From an uncultured Erysipelotrichaceae bacterium (GTDB lineage: Bacteria; Bacillota_I; Bacilli_A; RF39; UBA660), in contig CACZXL010000001.1 in assembly GCA_902785135.1 (NCBI GenBank), forward strand, positions 2,109 through 66,108: a stretch of DNA of 64,000 nucleotides. Direction: 5' to 3'. Positions 27,950-37,969 of this stretch are shown one piece after another. The position numbers and the translations under genes are program-made. Positions within the stretch are counted from its first letter, which is position 1; every line of letters starts with the position of its first letter. A model generated the notes under the pieces. It saw nothing but the letters and a program-made list of their open reading frames with translations. It did no database searches and was not told the origin of the DNA.

Positions 27950-28144
27950 CTAGAAGTTAATTAAATAAAATATAATAAGTCCAATAAATCCTGGAATACC
28001 TAATATTGTTGTTATACCAATTGTCCATATATTAATAGGAATTGGTAAATTAAAATGAATCATCAGTATATTATAAGCATATAAAATACCAAAACATACT
28101 ACTAATCTTTTAAACAACTTAGCTAAGTATTTCATTATTATCAC
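27950..28144 (-). CDS. bofA: Pro-sigmaK processing inhibitor BofA family
   Basis: Small hydrophobic protein, LYAYN..IPINIWTIGITTILGIPG; lies after recR as in Bacillus. Confidence 0.8.
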   Translation of the reverse strand: MIIMKYLAKLFKRLVVCFGILYAYNILMIHFNLPIPINIWTIGITTILGIPGFIGLIIFYLINF

Positions 28145-28174
28145 CTAATATATTTTATTTAAGTAACAACAATT

Positions 28175-28777
28175 TTATGATACTTTATTTCTACCTTCTA
28201 ACGCTCTTTGAATAGTAAGTGAATCTAGATATTCCATATCTGCTCCTACAGGTATACCTGCAGCAATCTTTGTTACAGTTACATCTGTTCCTTCTAATAA
28301 CTTTGTTATATATAACGCAGTTGTTTCACCTTCCATACTCATATTCAAAGCAAGTATAACCTCTTTTATATCTTCTTCTTTTATTCTATTTATTAATTGA
28401 TTAATTTTTATATCTTCTGGATTAATTCCTTCTAATGGAGAAATTAATCCTTCTAAAACATGATATTTACCTTTAAAAGCATTTGATTTTTCAAATAAAA
28501 TTAGGTCTTTAGTACTTTCCACAACACAAATAGTAGAAGAATCTCTTGTATCATCTGAACATACCAAACATAATTTTGAATCTTCTGTAAGATTATTACA
28601 TCTTTCACATTTTACTATTTTAGTTTTAACATTATTGATTGCTGTGGAAAACTTTTCTGCATTTTCATCTGAAAATTTTAAAACTGCAAAACTTAATCGT
28701 TCTGCATTTTTTTCACCAATTCCTGGCAATAATTTAAAACAATCTATTAATTCTTCTAAACTCTTAGGAAACTTCAT
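28175..28777 (-). CDS. recR: Recombination protein RecR
   Basis: LPGIGEKNAERL, CERC..CLVC, YHVLEGLISP, EGETTA, GIPVG. Confidence 0.97.
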   Translation of the reverse strand: MKFPKSLEELIDCFKLLPGIGEKNAERLSFAVLKFSDENAEKFSTAINNVKTKIVKCERCNNLTEDSKLCLVCSDDTRDSSTICVVESTKDLILFEKSNAFKGKYHVLEGLISPLEGINPEDIKINQLINRIKEEDIKEVILALNMSMEGETTALYITKLLEGTDVTVTKIAAGIPVGADMEYLDSLTIQRALEGRNKVS

Positions 28778-28778
28778 A

Positions 28779-29072
28779 TTAGAATAAACCTGGCATCATG
28801 CTTTTATATTTACCTAATTTACCTTCCATGGCTTTATCTGCTTGATTAATACAATCATTAACAGCAATTAAAATCATATCTTCTAATGCTTCTATATCAT
28901 CTTTTTCTATATCTTTACTAACAGTAACTTTCTTAACTGTTTTATTTCCATCCATTTCAACTTCAACTAATTCTTGTTTTGCTGTAAAAGTCATAGCTGC
29001 TACTTCTTTTTGTGATTTTTCCATATCTTTTTGCATTTTTTGTGCTTGTTGCATTAACTGATTAATATTCAT
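28779..29072 (-). CDS. Nucleoid-associated protein YbaB/EbfC
   Basis: MQQAQKMQKDM..V.MDG..LEDMILIAVN; dnaX-ybaB-recR synteny. Confidence 0.92.
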   Translation of the reverse strand: MNINQLMQQAQKMQKDMEKSQKEVAAMTFTAKQELVEVEMDGNKTVKKVTVSKDIEKDDIEALEDMILIAVNDCINQADKAMEGKLGKYKSMMPGLF

Positions 29073-29075
29073 ATT

Positions 29076-30728
29076 CTACTCTCCTATCTCTAATAGATCT
29101 TCAAATTCATTTTTTTCTGAAGAATCTTTATTATTTATTTTATTTATAATATCAGTTTCATCTAATATCTCTATATCTTCTTTATTTTTAATTCTTTTTA
29201 TATATTCAGGTCTCTTTTCATTCCAAGCATTTTCATTATAAAAACAAACCTTTAAATCTTTTGATAGTTTATTAATAAATAAATCTTCGATTTCTTTAAA
29301 ACTATCATATAATTCATTAAGAATATTATTATTAGATGCTGTTATTATTATACCATCTTTTGAACCAGCTTTAATAGAACAATCTAATAATAAATTAAAT
29401 ATTTTTCTTTCATCTAAATTATCTAAATTACTTTCTAAATTATTAAAGAATTCAACATATTCTTTAAGAGATTCTTTATCTGCTATTCTAAGTATATTAT
29501 TTAATCTTATATCCATTAACTCTTTATAATTGTCATATTTTTTAATATCTTCTTCTTTTTTTGGTTCTTCTTTTTTTATTTCTGTTTTATTATTATCTTC
29601 TTTTTCTATTTTAATAGACTTTTCTTCTTTTTTAGATTCTACTTCAATAATTTTTTTATCCTCAATACGAACATTTGTATTATTAAATATATCTAATAAT
29701 TTTATTATTAATAAATCAAAATAAATTTTCTTTTCTTTTATATTTCTAATGTAATTTATATAATCAGTAATTTGATAAATAATATTAATAGCGTTATCTT
29801 TGCCTACTTTATTTATCAAATCATTTTTATTATTAATTTGATATTCAATTAATGAATTCTTAATATATTTAATTATATCTTCACATACAAATATAAAGTC
29901 TTTACCTTCTTCATCTATCTTATCACTTAAATTAAAAGCCTTATCTATTTCATTATTATATATGTAATCAATAAATAAATTTATATCTTCATCACTTAAT
30001 CTACCATTTAATAATAAAACATCTTCTTTATTAATATTTCCATTGGTATATGAATTTAATTGATCTAATAATCCGATTCCATCTCGTAATCCACCATTAG
30101 AATTAATACAAACTTGTTCTAAAGCATCTTCAGATATTTTGATGTTTTCTTGATCACATATATATTGTATTTTTTCTTTCATTAAATTAACTGGAATTGA
30201 TTTAAATTCAAAACTTTGACATCTAGACATAATAGTTAATGGTACTTTTTGTGGTTCTGTTGTCGCAAGTATAAATATTACATGTCTTGGTGGTTCTTCT
30301 AATGTCTTTAATAAAGCATTAAAAGCTCCAGCAGATAACATATGTACCTCATCTATTATATATACTTTATATTTAGAAAATGTTGGCATTAATGTTACAT
30401 GATTTTTTATTTCACGAATTTCATCTACACCATTATTTGATGCAGCATCCATTTCAATAATATCTACATTTTCATTACTATTTGATAATTTACAAATTTC
30501 ACATTCTTCACAAGAATTACCATCTTTTGTATGTTCACAATTAATTGTTTTAGCAAAAATCTTAGCTATACTTGTTTTACCTGTTCCTCTAGGACCAATA
30601 AATAAATATGCATGAGTTAATTTGTTATTATTAATCGTATTTTTTAATGTTTGTACTACAATCTTTTGTCCGCAAACATCATCAAAAGTTTTTGGTCTAT
30701 ATTTTCTATATAATGCTTGGTATAACAT
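29076..30728 (-). CDS. dnaX: DNA polymerase III gamma/tau
   Basis: LYRKYRPKTF, GPRGTGKTS, EMDAASNNGVDEIR, IIDEVHML, LLKTLEEPP, SRC. Confidence 0.97.
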   Translation of the reverse strand: MLYQALYRKYRPKTFDDVCGQKIVVQTLKNTINNNKLTHAYLFIGPRGTGKTSIAKIFAKTINCEHTKDGNSCEECEICKLSNSNENVDIIEMDAASNNGVDEIREIKNHVTLMPTFSKYKVYIIDEVHMLSAGAFNALLKTLEEPPRHVIFILATTEPQKVPLTIMSRCQSFEFKSIPVNLMKEKIQYICDQENIKISEDALEQVCINSNGGLRDGIGLLDQLNSYTNGNINKEDVLLLNGRLSDEDINLFIDYIYNNEIDKAFNLSDKIDEEGKDFIFVCEDIIKYIKNSLIEYQINNKNDLINKVGKDNAINIIYQITDYINYIRNIKEKKIYFDLLIIKLLDIFNNTNVRIEDKKIIEVESKKEEKSIKIEKEDNNKTEIKKEEPKKEEDIKKYDNYKELMDIRLNNILRIADKESLKEYVEFFNNLESNLDNLDERKIFNLLLDCSIKAGSKDGIIITASNNNILNELYDSFKEIEDLFINKLSKDLKVCFYNENAWNEKRPEYIKRIKNKEDIEILDETDIINKINNKDSSEKNEFEDLLEIGE

Positions 30729-30803
30729 AATCATTTTCCTTTCATATTAATTATAACATATTTTATAAAAAATCTATATAAAATAAAGGTAAAATAAGTA
30801 TTA

Positions 30804-30819
30804 TGTTTCACGTGAAACA
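30804..30819. promoter_or_regulatory. parS site 1
   Basis: TGTTTCACGTGAAACA, perfect match to the Firmicutes parS consensus. Confidence 0.92.
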
Positions 30820-30848
30820 TACGTAATTTTATTTAATGATAATAAAAA

Positions 30849-30864
30849 TATTCCCCGGGAAATA
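30849..30864. promoter_or_regulatory. Noc-binding site (NBS) 1, one mismatch
   Basis: TATTCCCCGGGAAATA versus NBS TATTTCCCGGGAAATA. Confidence 0.75.
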
Positions 30865-30913
30865 TTTTTTACATAATTTTTAAATAATATTTTTAAAGTT
30901 AATAAAAAAACAA

Positions 30914-30929
30914 TGTTTCACGTGAAACA
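30914..30929. promoter_or_regulatory. parS site 2 (within a 30-bp perfect palindrome, 30907-30936)
   Basis: AAAACAA-TGTTTCACGTGAAACA-TTGTTTT. Confidence 0.92.
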
Positions 30930-30991
30930 TTGTTTTATTTTTATTAGTTTTAATATTGTATATAACTTTTTATAATAATTTTATTAAAAAA

Positions 30992-31007
30992 TATTTCCCG
31001 GGAAATA
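30992..31007. promoter_or_regulatory. Noc-binding site 2
   Basis: TATTTCCCGGGAAATA perfect. Confidence 0.85.
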
Positions 31008-31016
31008 TTTTTTTAA

Positions 31017-31032
31017 TGTTTCACGTGAAACA
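31017..31032. promoter_or_regulatory. parS site 3, abutting the tadA stop codon
   Basis: TGTTTCACGTGAAACA perfect. Confidence 0.92.
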
Positions 31033-31437
31033 TTAGCGTTTATTTTTAAAAAAATTACTTAATTTATTAGAAAATAAATTATTTTCTATATATTTATATT
31101 CAGGAGTTGATTCAGTTTTATAATTATTTTGTTTAGAATAAAAATATACATTTTTAATTCTTGATTTTTTTATTATACTTTTACACATTTCACATGGTTC
31201 TAAAGTAATATATAATTCACAATTATCTAATCTCCAATTATTTAGTTTTTTATTTGCTTTTTTTATAACATTTATCTCTGCATGATTTAATACTGAATTA
31301 TTTTTTTCTACTTTATTATAAGATTTTGCGATTATTTTATTATTATATACAATTAATGCCGCAACTGGTACTTCATTATGTTTTATAGCTTTATCCAATA
31401 GTTTATTTAATTCTTTAATAATAATATCTTGATTCAT
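31033..31437 (-). CDS. tadA: tRNA adenosine(34) deaminase
   Basis: EVPVAALIV, HAEINVI, LYITLEPCEMC; start ATG 31437 with SD AAGGAG. Confidence 0.9.
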   Translation of the reverse strand: MNQDIIIKELNKLLDKAIKHNEVPVAALIVYNNKIIAKSYNKVEKNNSVLNHAEINVIKKANKKLNNWRLDNCELYITLEPCEMCKSIIKKSRIKNVYFYSKQNNYKTESTPEYKYIENNLFSNKLSNFFKNKR

Positions 31438-31459
31438 AAAATCTCCTTGCATAAAAAAA

Positions 31460-31530
31460 GCACACACGAAAATTAAATGTTAAGGCTGCTATATTTCTAT
31501 CCTGACCTGGTTCCAAGTTTTTCGTTGTGC
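31460..31530 (-). ncRNA. ffs: Signal recognition particle RNA, minimal 4.5S-like form (about 71 nt)
   Basis: Minus strand GCACAACGAAAAACTTGGAACCAGGTCAGGATAGAAATATAGCAGCCTTAACATTTAATTTTCGTGTGTGC: helix-8 motif CAGG..GAAA..AGCAG, paired 5'/3' ends, then a T-run. Confidence 0.88.
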
Positions 31531-31536
31531 ATAAAT

Positions 31537-31565
31537 AATATACTATTTATTTAATAATAAGTCAA
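31537..31565 (-). promoter_or_regulatory. SigA promoter of ffs-tadA
   Basis: TTGACT-N17-TATATT, 6 nt upstream of the predicted SRP RNA 5' end. Confidence 0.7.
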
Positions 31566-31575
31566 ATTAAAACAA

Positions 31576-31591
31576 TGTTTCACGTGAAACA
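31576..31591. promoter_or_regulatory. parS site 4
   Basis: TGTTTCACGTGAAACA perfect; flanks identical to parS 2. Confidence 0.92.
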
Positions 31592-31623
31592 TTGTTAAAA
31601 ATATGTATTATTATTTAAAAAAA

Positions 31624-31639
31624 TATTTCCCGGGAAATA
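31624..31639. promoter_or_regulatory. Noc-binding site 3
   Basis: TATTTCCCGGGAAATA perfect. Confidence 0.85.
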
Positions 31640-31682
31640 TTTTTACTTTTATTATTAATAATTAATTGTAAAAAAAAGTATA

Positions 31683-31698
31683 TGTTTCACGTGAAACA
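31683..31698. promoter_or_regulatory. parS site 5 (extended palindrome, possibly also the gyrA terminator)
   Basis: AAGTATA-TGTTTCACGTGAAACA-TATACTT, 9 nt past the gyrA stop, T-run on the minus strand. Confidence 0.92.
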
Positions 31699-31707
31699 TA
31701 TACTTAA

Positions 31708-34212
31708 TTATTCTTCTGAATTGTTTTCTTCACCTATTTCAGTATTATTATTATCATTTGATATTTCATCTTGATTATCTTCTAGATCATCTCGCTTAGA
31801 TATTGATACAGTTGCTACTTTTTGTTCATCTTTTAATGTTATTAATCTAACACCTTGAGTTACTCTACTCATTTTTGATACTTGATCTAGTCTTATTTTT
31901 ATAACAATACCACTATCTGTAATAATAATTAAATCTGAATCTGGTTCAACTTTATTAATTGATACTAATGCACCATTCTTTTCAGTTATATTTAATCCTT
32001 TAACACCTTTACTTCCTCTATGTGTTAATCTATATTCACAAACATTTGTACGTTTTCCGTAACCTTTTTCAGTAATTATAAGGATTTCATCGTCTTCATT
32101 TATTACTGATGCACTAACACAAGAAGTTGATTCATCTATATCAATACCCTTAACACCACTAGCAGTTCTTCCTAGTATTCTGATTTCATCTTCATTAAAT
32201 TTAACCATTCTACCATTTGAAGCTCCTATTAAAATTTGATCATTACCATTTGTTAAGAATACTGCTAATAATTCATCATTTTCTTTTAATCCAATAGCTA
32301 TCTTACCACTTACTCTTATATTTTCAAATTCAGAAATAGATGTTCTCTTAACTAATCCTCTCTTAGTAACGAAAGTAATTAATTTATTTTCAATACCTTC
32401 TTCTACTCTAACAGGAAGAATAGCTTTAACAAATTCATCTTTTTCAATTGGTAATAAGTTTATTATTGGTAATCCTTTAGCTTGTCTACTAAATTCTGGT
32501 ACTTCATAACCCTTTATTCTATATACTTTACCTTTATTAGTAAAGAATAATACATGATCATGAGTCTTTAATGTTACCATTTGTTCAACAAAGTCTTCTT
32601 CATTAGTAGCCATACCTTTAACACCAACTCCACCTTTGTTTTGAACTTTATATGTATCTATTGGTAATCTCTTAATATAACCTTTATTTGTTAAATTAAT
32701 AATTATATCTTCTACTGGAATTAATGATTCATCTTCAATATAATCAATAGCAGTCATATCAATCTTAGTTCTTCTATCATCAGAATATTTATCCTTAATT
32801 TCTAGTAATTCTTGTTTAATAATAGCTAGAACTTTTTCTTCACTTGCTAAAATAGATTTATATTCTTTAATTTTTTCTAGTAAATCAGCAAGTTCTGCTT
32901 CAATCTTATCTCTTTCTAATCCAGTTAATCTTCTTAACTTCATTTCTAAGATAGCATCACATTGTATTTCTGTTAAAGCATAATTACTCATTAATTTATC
33001 TTTTGCTTCTTGATCTGTCTTAGAACCTCTAATTATTTTAATAACTTCATCTATATGATCTAATGCAATTTTTAAACCTTCTAAAATATGTACTTTATCT
33101 TCTGCTTTCTTTAAATCATATTGTGTTCTTCTAATAATTATTTCTTTTTGATAATCAATATATTTAGAAATAATATCCTTTAAACCAAGAGTTTTTGGAA
33201 CTCCTTTATCAAGCATTAAGAATATTACACCAAAATTCTTTTGAAAATCAGTATGTTTATATAAATTATTTAATACTACTTGTGCATTTGCGTCCTTTTT
33301 TAATGTAATAGTGATTTTTACACCATCTTTTAAATCAGTATGATAATCTGCTATTCCATCAATAGTTTTATTGTGGACAAGTTCAGCAACCTTATTTTTT
33401 AATATTTGAGTATTAACACCATAAGGTACTTCATCAACAATAATATAATGTTTACCATCTTTTTCTTCAATAGATGCCTTACTTCTTATAGTTATTGTTC
33501 CTCTACCTGTCTCATATGCATTTTTTATACCACTATTTCCTAGGATAATACCACCTGTTGGAAAATCTGGACCTTTAACATATTGCATTAATCCCATTGT
33601 ATCTATATCAGGATTATCTATATAAGCTACACAACCATCTATTACTTCACCTAAGTTATGTGGTGGAATATTTGTTGCCATACCAACAGCGATACCCATA
33701 GTACCATTAACTAAAATATTAGGAAATCTTGATGGAAGAACTGCTGGTTCTTTTTCAGATTCATCAAAGTTTGGAATCATATCAACAGTTTCTTTTTGTA
33801 TATCTCTTAATAATTCTAATGAAATTTTAGATAGTCTTGCTTCAGTATAACGCATTGCTGCTGCACCATAACCTTCAATATTACCAAAGTTACCATGTCC
33901 ATCTACTAAACAATTTCTATAACTAAAATCTTGTGCCATGTGTACCATAGCTTCATAAATTGATGAGTCACCATGTGGGTGATATTTACCCATAACATCT
34001 CCGACTATTCTAGCCGACTTTTTATGAGGTTTATCTGGAGTATAACCTGATTCATACATTGACCATAAAATACGTCTGTGAACTGGTTTTAAACCATCTC
34101 TAAGGTCAGGTAATGCTCTTGCTACTATAACACTCATTGAATATTCTAGGAATGAGGTTTCAATTTCTTTAACTATATTATTTTCTTGTAATCTATCTCT
34201 ACTGTGATCCAT
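31708..34212 (-). CDS. gyrA: DNA gyrase subunit A
   Basis: [34 protein letters not shown], GyrA box QNKGGVG. Confidence 0.98.
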   Translation of the reverse strand: MDHSRDRLQENNIVKEIETSFLEYSMSVIVARALPDLRDGLKPVHRRILWSMYESGYTPDKPHKKSARIVGDVMGKYHPHGDSSIYEAMVHMAQDFSYRNCLVDGHGNFGNIEGYGAAAMRYTEARLSKISLELLRDIQKETVDMIPNFDESEKEPAVLPSRFPNILVNGTMGIAVGMATNIPPHNLGEVIDGCVAYIDNPDIDTMGLMQYVKGPDFPTGGIILGNSGIKNAYETGRGTITIRSKASIEEKDGKHYIIVDEVPYGVNTQILKNKVAELVHNKTIDGIADYHTDLKDGVKITITLKKDANAQVVLNNLYKHTDFQKNFGVIFLMLDKGVPKTLGLKDIISKYIDYQKEIIIRRTQYDLKKAEDKVHILEGLKIALDHIDEVIKIIRGSKTDQEAKDKLMSNYALTEIQCDAILEMKLRRLTGLERDKIEAELADLLEKIKEYKSILASEEKVLAIIKQELLEIKDKYSDDRRTKIDMTAIDYIEDESLIPVEDIIINLTNKGYIKRLPIDTYKVQNKGGVGVKGMATNEEDFVEQMVTLKTHDHVLFFTNKGKVYRIKGYEVPEFSRQAKGLPIINLLPIEKDEFVKAILPVRVEEGIENKLITFVTKRGLVKRTSISEFENIRVSGKIAIGLKENDELLAVFLTNGNDQILIGASNGRMVKFNEDEIRILGRTASGVKGIDIDESTSCVSASVINEDDEILIITEKGYGKRTNVCEYRLTHRGSKGVKGLNITEKNGALVSINKVEPDSDLIIITDSGIVIKIRLDQVSKMSRVTQGVRLITLKDEQKVATVSISKRDDLEDNQDEISNDNNNTEIGEENNSEE

Positions 34213-34224
34213 ATTTTAACCCTC

Positions 34225-36138
34225 CTATACATCCAAATTCTCAACATATACAGCATTTTCTTCAATAAATTGTCTTCTTGGAGCAACTTCTTCACCCATA
34301 ATTTTTGAGAATGCTGCATCTGCATCTGCTAAATCACCAACTGTGATTTTTCTTAATATTCTTTGATTTATATCCATTGTTGTTTCATTTAATTCTTCAG
34401 CGTCCATTTCACCTAAACCTTTCATACGAGCAATTTCGTATCTTGTATTAGGATTTAATGAAGCTATATATTCATCTCTTTCTTCTTCATTTAGAACATA
34501 TTTTCTTGTTTTACCATGAGAAATTCTATATAAAGGTGGTTGAGCTGCATATACATGTCCTGCTTCAACTATTGGTCTAAAGAATCTATAGAATAATGTT
34601 AATAATAATACTCTAATGTGTGATCCATCTACATCGGCATCGGTCATTATTACTATTTTGTCATATCTTAACTTAGATAAATCAAATTCATCACCAATAC
34701 CAGTACCAAATGCAGTAATAATAGTTCTAATTTCTTCATTTGATAAAGCTTTATCTAATCTAGCTTTTTCAACATTTAAAATTTTACCTCTTAGTGGAAG
34801 AATTGCTTGTGTCATTGAATCTCTACCTTTAATAGCAGATCCTCCAGCTGAATCTCCTTCGACTAAGAATATTTCACATTTAGATGGATCTTTATCTTTA
34901 CAATCAACAAGTTTTCCACCGAAGTTAATTGTATCTAAATCACCTTTCCTTCTAGTTAATTCTCTTGCTCTTTTAGCTGCGACTCTTGCTCTTGCTGCAG
35001 TCATTGTTTTATCAATAATTAATCTTGCTTGTTCTGGATTTTCCATTAAATATCTTTCAAATCCACCAGCAAATACAGAATCTGCAATTTTTCTAACTTC
35101 AGAATTACCTAGTCTTCCTTTAGTTTGTCCTTCAAATTGTGGATTAGGATGTTTACAAGAAACAATCATTGTTAATCCTTCTTTAACATCTTCACCAGTA
35201 AGAGGATCATCTTTTTCTTTTAATATATTAGCTTTTCTAGCATAACTATTAATAATTCTTGTTAATGCTCTTCTAACTCCTTCTTCATGAGTACCACCAT
35301 CATGTGTATTAATATTATTAACAAATGAATAAATACTTTCTGAATAACCTGAGTTATATTGCATTGCTACTTCAAGATAAACACCATTTTCTTCACCTTC
35401 TAAGTGAATTATTTCTTCTTGAATAGGAGTTTTAGATTTATTTAAATATCTAACATATTCACTAATACCACCTTCATACATGAAAGTATCTTTCTTTCCT
35501 TCTCCTCTTTCATCAGTAAGTGTTAATCTTAAACCTTTATTTAAGAATGCTAATTCTCTTGTTCTTACTTTTAATGTTTCATAATCATATATATCTGTAT
35601 CAAATATTTCAGGATCTGGTTTAAAAGTAACTGTTGTACCTGTTTCATCTTGTGAACATATACCTATTTCAGTTAATTTTTGAGTAGTTTTTCCACCATT
35701 TCCAAATTTACATTCATAAATTTTTCCTTCTCTTTGAACTTTTACTTCTACCCAGCTTGATAATGCATTAACTACTGATGCACCAACACCATGTAATCCA
35801 CCAGATACTTTATATCCTCCACCACCAAATTTACCACCAGCGTGTAATACAGTATAAACTGTTTCTACTGTGGAAATTCCAGTTTTTGGATGAACTGCTA
35901 CTGGTATACCTCTACCATTATCAACAACTGTAATAGAATTATCATCATGTATAGTTATTTCAATATGAGTACAAAAACCTGCTAAAGCTTCGTCTATAGC
36001 ATTATCAACAATTTCCCATACTAGATGATGAAGACCTTTAACATCAGTTGTACCAATGTACATACCAGGTCTTTTTCTTACTGCTTCTAATCCTTCTAAT
36101 ACTTGAATATCAGATGCATCATAATTATTTTCTGCCAT
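34225..36138 (-). CDS. gyrB: DNA gyrase subunit B
   Basis: [52 protein letters not shown]. Confidence 0.98.
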   Translation of the reverse strand: MAENNYDASDIQVLEGLEAVRKRPGMYIGTTDVKGLHHLVWEIVDNAIDEALAGFCTHIEITIHDDNSITVVDNGRGIPVAVHPKTGISTVETVYTVLHAGGKFGGGGYKVSGGLHGVGASVVNALSSWVEVKVQREGKIYECKFGNGGKTTQKLTEIGICSQDETGTTVTFKPDPEIFDTDIYDYETLKVRTRELAFLNKGLRLTLTDERGEGKKDTFMYEGGISEYVRYLNKSKTPIQEEIIHLEGEENGVYLEVAMQYNSGYSESIYSFVNNINTHDGGTHEEGVRRALTRIINSYARKANILKEKDDPLTGEDVKEGLTMIVSCKHPNPQFEGQTKGRLGNSEVRKIADSVFAGGFERYLMENPEQARLIIDKTMTAARARVAAKRARELTRRKGDLDTINFGGKLVDCKDKDPSKCEIFLVEGDSAGGSAIKGRDSMTQAILPLRGKILNVEKARLDKALSNEEIRTIITAFGTGIGDEFDLSKLRYDKIVIMTDADVDGSHIRVLLLTLFYRFFRPIVEAGHVYAAQPPLYRISHGKTRKYVLNEEERDEYIASLNPNTRYEIARMKGLGEMDAEELNETTMDINQRILRKITVGDLADADAAFSKIMGEEVAPRRQFIEENAVYVENLDV

Positions 36139-37237
36139 TTTTACCACCTCTTGTTATTTTTCCATTTTCAACTTCAAAAATATCTGCATTTTTTACTATT
36201 TTTTTATCTATATTATCTAAATCAGTTGATGTTATAAATACTTGTAAATCATTTTCCACATATTTAATAATGTTTCCTTTTTTTATTTTATCAAGTTCAC
36301 TAAATATATCATCTAATAAAAGTATTGGTTCTTTTTTATACTCTTGTTTATATATTTCTATTTCTGCTAGCTTTAAACAAAGAATTGCTACTCTATGTTG
36401 TCCTTGTGAACCATAATTATTAATTTTTACATTATCTATATATATAGAAAAATCATCTTTATGAACACCCAGTAAAGTTACTTGATTAAATATTTCATTA
36501 TTTAATAACCTATCATATTTTTCTTGCAATTGATATTTAAGATTTTCTTCTTCACAATCATCAATAAAAGAATCATAATAAACCTTAATATTATCTTTGT
36601 CAGTTATATTTTTGTAGATGTCTTTTATATATTTATTAATTTTATCAACAAATTTTCTTCTTTCTAAATATATTTTAATATTTAAATCTATTAATTTATC
36701 AGTTAATATATCAAAATATTCTTTATTTATAGAATCATTTGTTTTTAAATATTCATTTCTTGATTTTAATACTTTATTATATTCAGATAAATATCTTACA
36801 TAATCATTATTAAAACCACTTATTTCTACATTAAAAAACGATCTCCTTAATTGTGGTGATCCTTTAATTATTTCAAGATCATCTGGACTAAACATAATTG
36901 CATTAATATTAGATAGGTATTCGCTTACTTTTTTTAATGGATTTTTATTGATAGATACTCTTTTTTCTTCTTTTTTTATTAATAATTCATATTCTGTTTC
37001 TTTATCATTATCTTCAATTAATCCAATAATCTTAGTAAATAATGAATCTTGTTTTAATAAAAATAAATCTTTACTAGTCCTATGTGATTTAGTAACTGCT
37101 AATACATATATACTTTCCAATATATTAGTTTTACCTTGAGCATTATTACCGATAAAAATATTAATTTTTTTATCAAATTCAAGAGTTATATCATCATAAT
37201 TTCTAAAATTTTTAAGTTGTAATTTTTTTAAAATCAT
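36125..37237 (-). CDS. recF: DNA replication/repair protein RecF
   Basis: [35 protein letters not shown]. Confidence 0.96.
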   Translation of the reverse strand: MILKKLQLKNFRNYDDITLEFDKKINIFIGNNAQGKTNILESIYVLAVTKSHRTSKDLFLLKQDSLFTKIIGLIEDNDKETEYELLIKKEEKRVSINKNPLKKVSEYLSNINAIMFSPDDLEIIKGSPQLRRSFFNVEISGFNNDYVRYLSEYNKVLKSRNEYLKTNDSINKEYFDILTDKLIDLNIKIYLERRKFVDKINKYIKDIYKNITDKDNIKVYYDSFIDDCEEENLKYQLQEKYDRLLNNEIFNQVTLLGVHKDDFSIYIDNVKINNYGSQGQHRVAILCLKLAEIEIYKQEYKKEPILLLDDIFSELDKIKKGNIIKYVENDLQVFITSTDLDNIDKKIVKNADIFEVENGKITRGGKNGRK

Positions 37238-37368
37238 TTAAACCCTATTTTTTTGACCATATTTTTACCATACCACCTTAAATAATGCTCCTACACATAC
37301 AATACTATTATATCACAAATACGGCCGTTTTTGACCTATTTTTTTATTTTTTTATAAAAAAATGCCAC

Positions 37369-37821
37369 TTATTCAGCAGCATTTATTCTTTTTCTTAAAA
37401 CTGATTCTAATTTAGTAGCTCTTAATACTTGATTATCAAAAGATCCAAATGAAATATTTAATTTAATTTTCTTATTATTATCAAATAATAACTCAGTTTT
37501 TCCATTTTTACTTTCATAATCTTTAATATTATTTAGACCTATCCATACACAATCTAATAATCTTGGTGAAGAAGTAGGAAAATATATTAAATTCTTACTT
37601 TCTTCTATAATTATAGGAGCTTTATGAGATATGCCTATTAGTTTTTTAGTTCCTTCATGTCTTCCATTATATGAACTTCCAAAATATTCACAACTATCTT
37701 CTATTATTTCCATAACAGGTTTATTAACTATAAAAATATTATTCCTTTCTATTATTTTTGTTTCATTTTCTGATATTGGTATAAGAGCTAAAGTATCACA
37801 GTTTACTTCATAAGAAATCAT
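37369..37821 (-). CDS. comK: Competence transcription factor ComK family
   Basis: YEVN..TLA, SCEYFGSSYNGRHEGT..ISHKAPII..IYFPTSSP..CVWI, closely matching Bacillus ComK; start ATG 37821 (SD GGGGG). Confidence 0.88.
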   Translation of the reverse strand: MISYEVNCDTLALIPISENETKIIERNNIFIVNKPVMEIIEDSCEYFGSSYNGRHEGTKKLIGISHKAPIIIEESKNLIYFPTSSPRLLDCVWIGLNNIKDYESKNGKTELLFDNNKKIKLNISFGSFDNQVLRATKLESVLRKRINAAE

Positions 37822-37924
37822 AATTATTCCCCCTAACATTAATTGATTTCTATATATTATTTTCTCCAAAAAGAAAACAATACCCCCTATTTTTCACAAA
37901 ATAATTAAAAAAAATGTAGATTTT

Positions 37925-37931
37925 TGTCGAA
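37925..37931 (+). promoter_or_regulatory. Candidate Spo0A box upstream of comK
   Basis: TGTCGAA perfect (context TTTTTGTCGAAAAAA) in the dnaN-comK intergenic region; CG is rare in this DNA. Confidence 0.6.
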
Positions 37932-37969
37932 AAAATAAAAAAAGTTCAATTTTTTTGAACTTTTTATTA

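Noticed and set aside
30804-31698. CRISPR array or REP-like repeat family
   Set aside because: Two different alternating palindromes with irregular 9-62 nt gaps, no cas genes, and exact matches to the parS and NBS consensus sequences.
34616-35245. 209-aa plus-strand ORF, plus the other antisense ORFs in the track (1025, 1875, 7129, 11840, 12374, 16097, 18772, 24718, 24824, 25893, 29530, 36048, 36618, 36948, 37631, 43727, 48257, 49924, 50329, 58833, 61572, 63589)
   Set aside because: They overlap well-supported genes on the opposite strand and have no SD or recognisable motifs.
37245-37271. Upstream mini-ORF MVKIWSKK before recF
   Set aside because: SD spacing is poor (about 1 nt) and it is too short to support; nothing links it to yaaA.
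37830-37965. ComK K-boxes (AAAA-N5-TTTT pairs) upstream of comK or recF
   Set aside because: The best candidates have N6 spacing or are part of the dnaN terminator, and AT-rich DNA gives such matches by chance.
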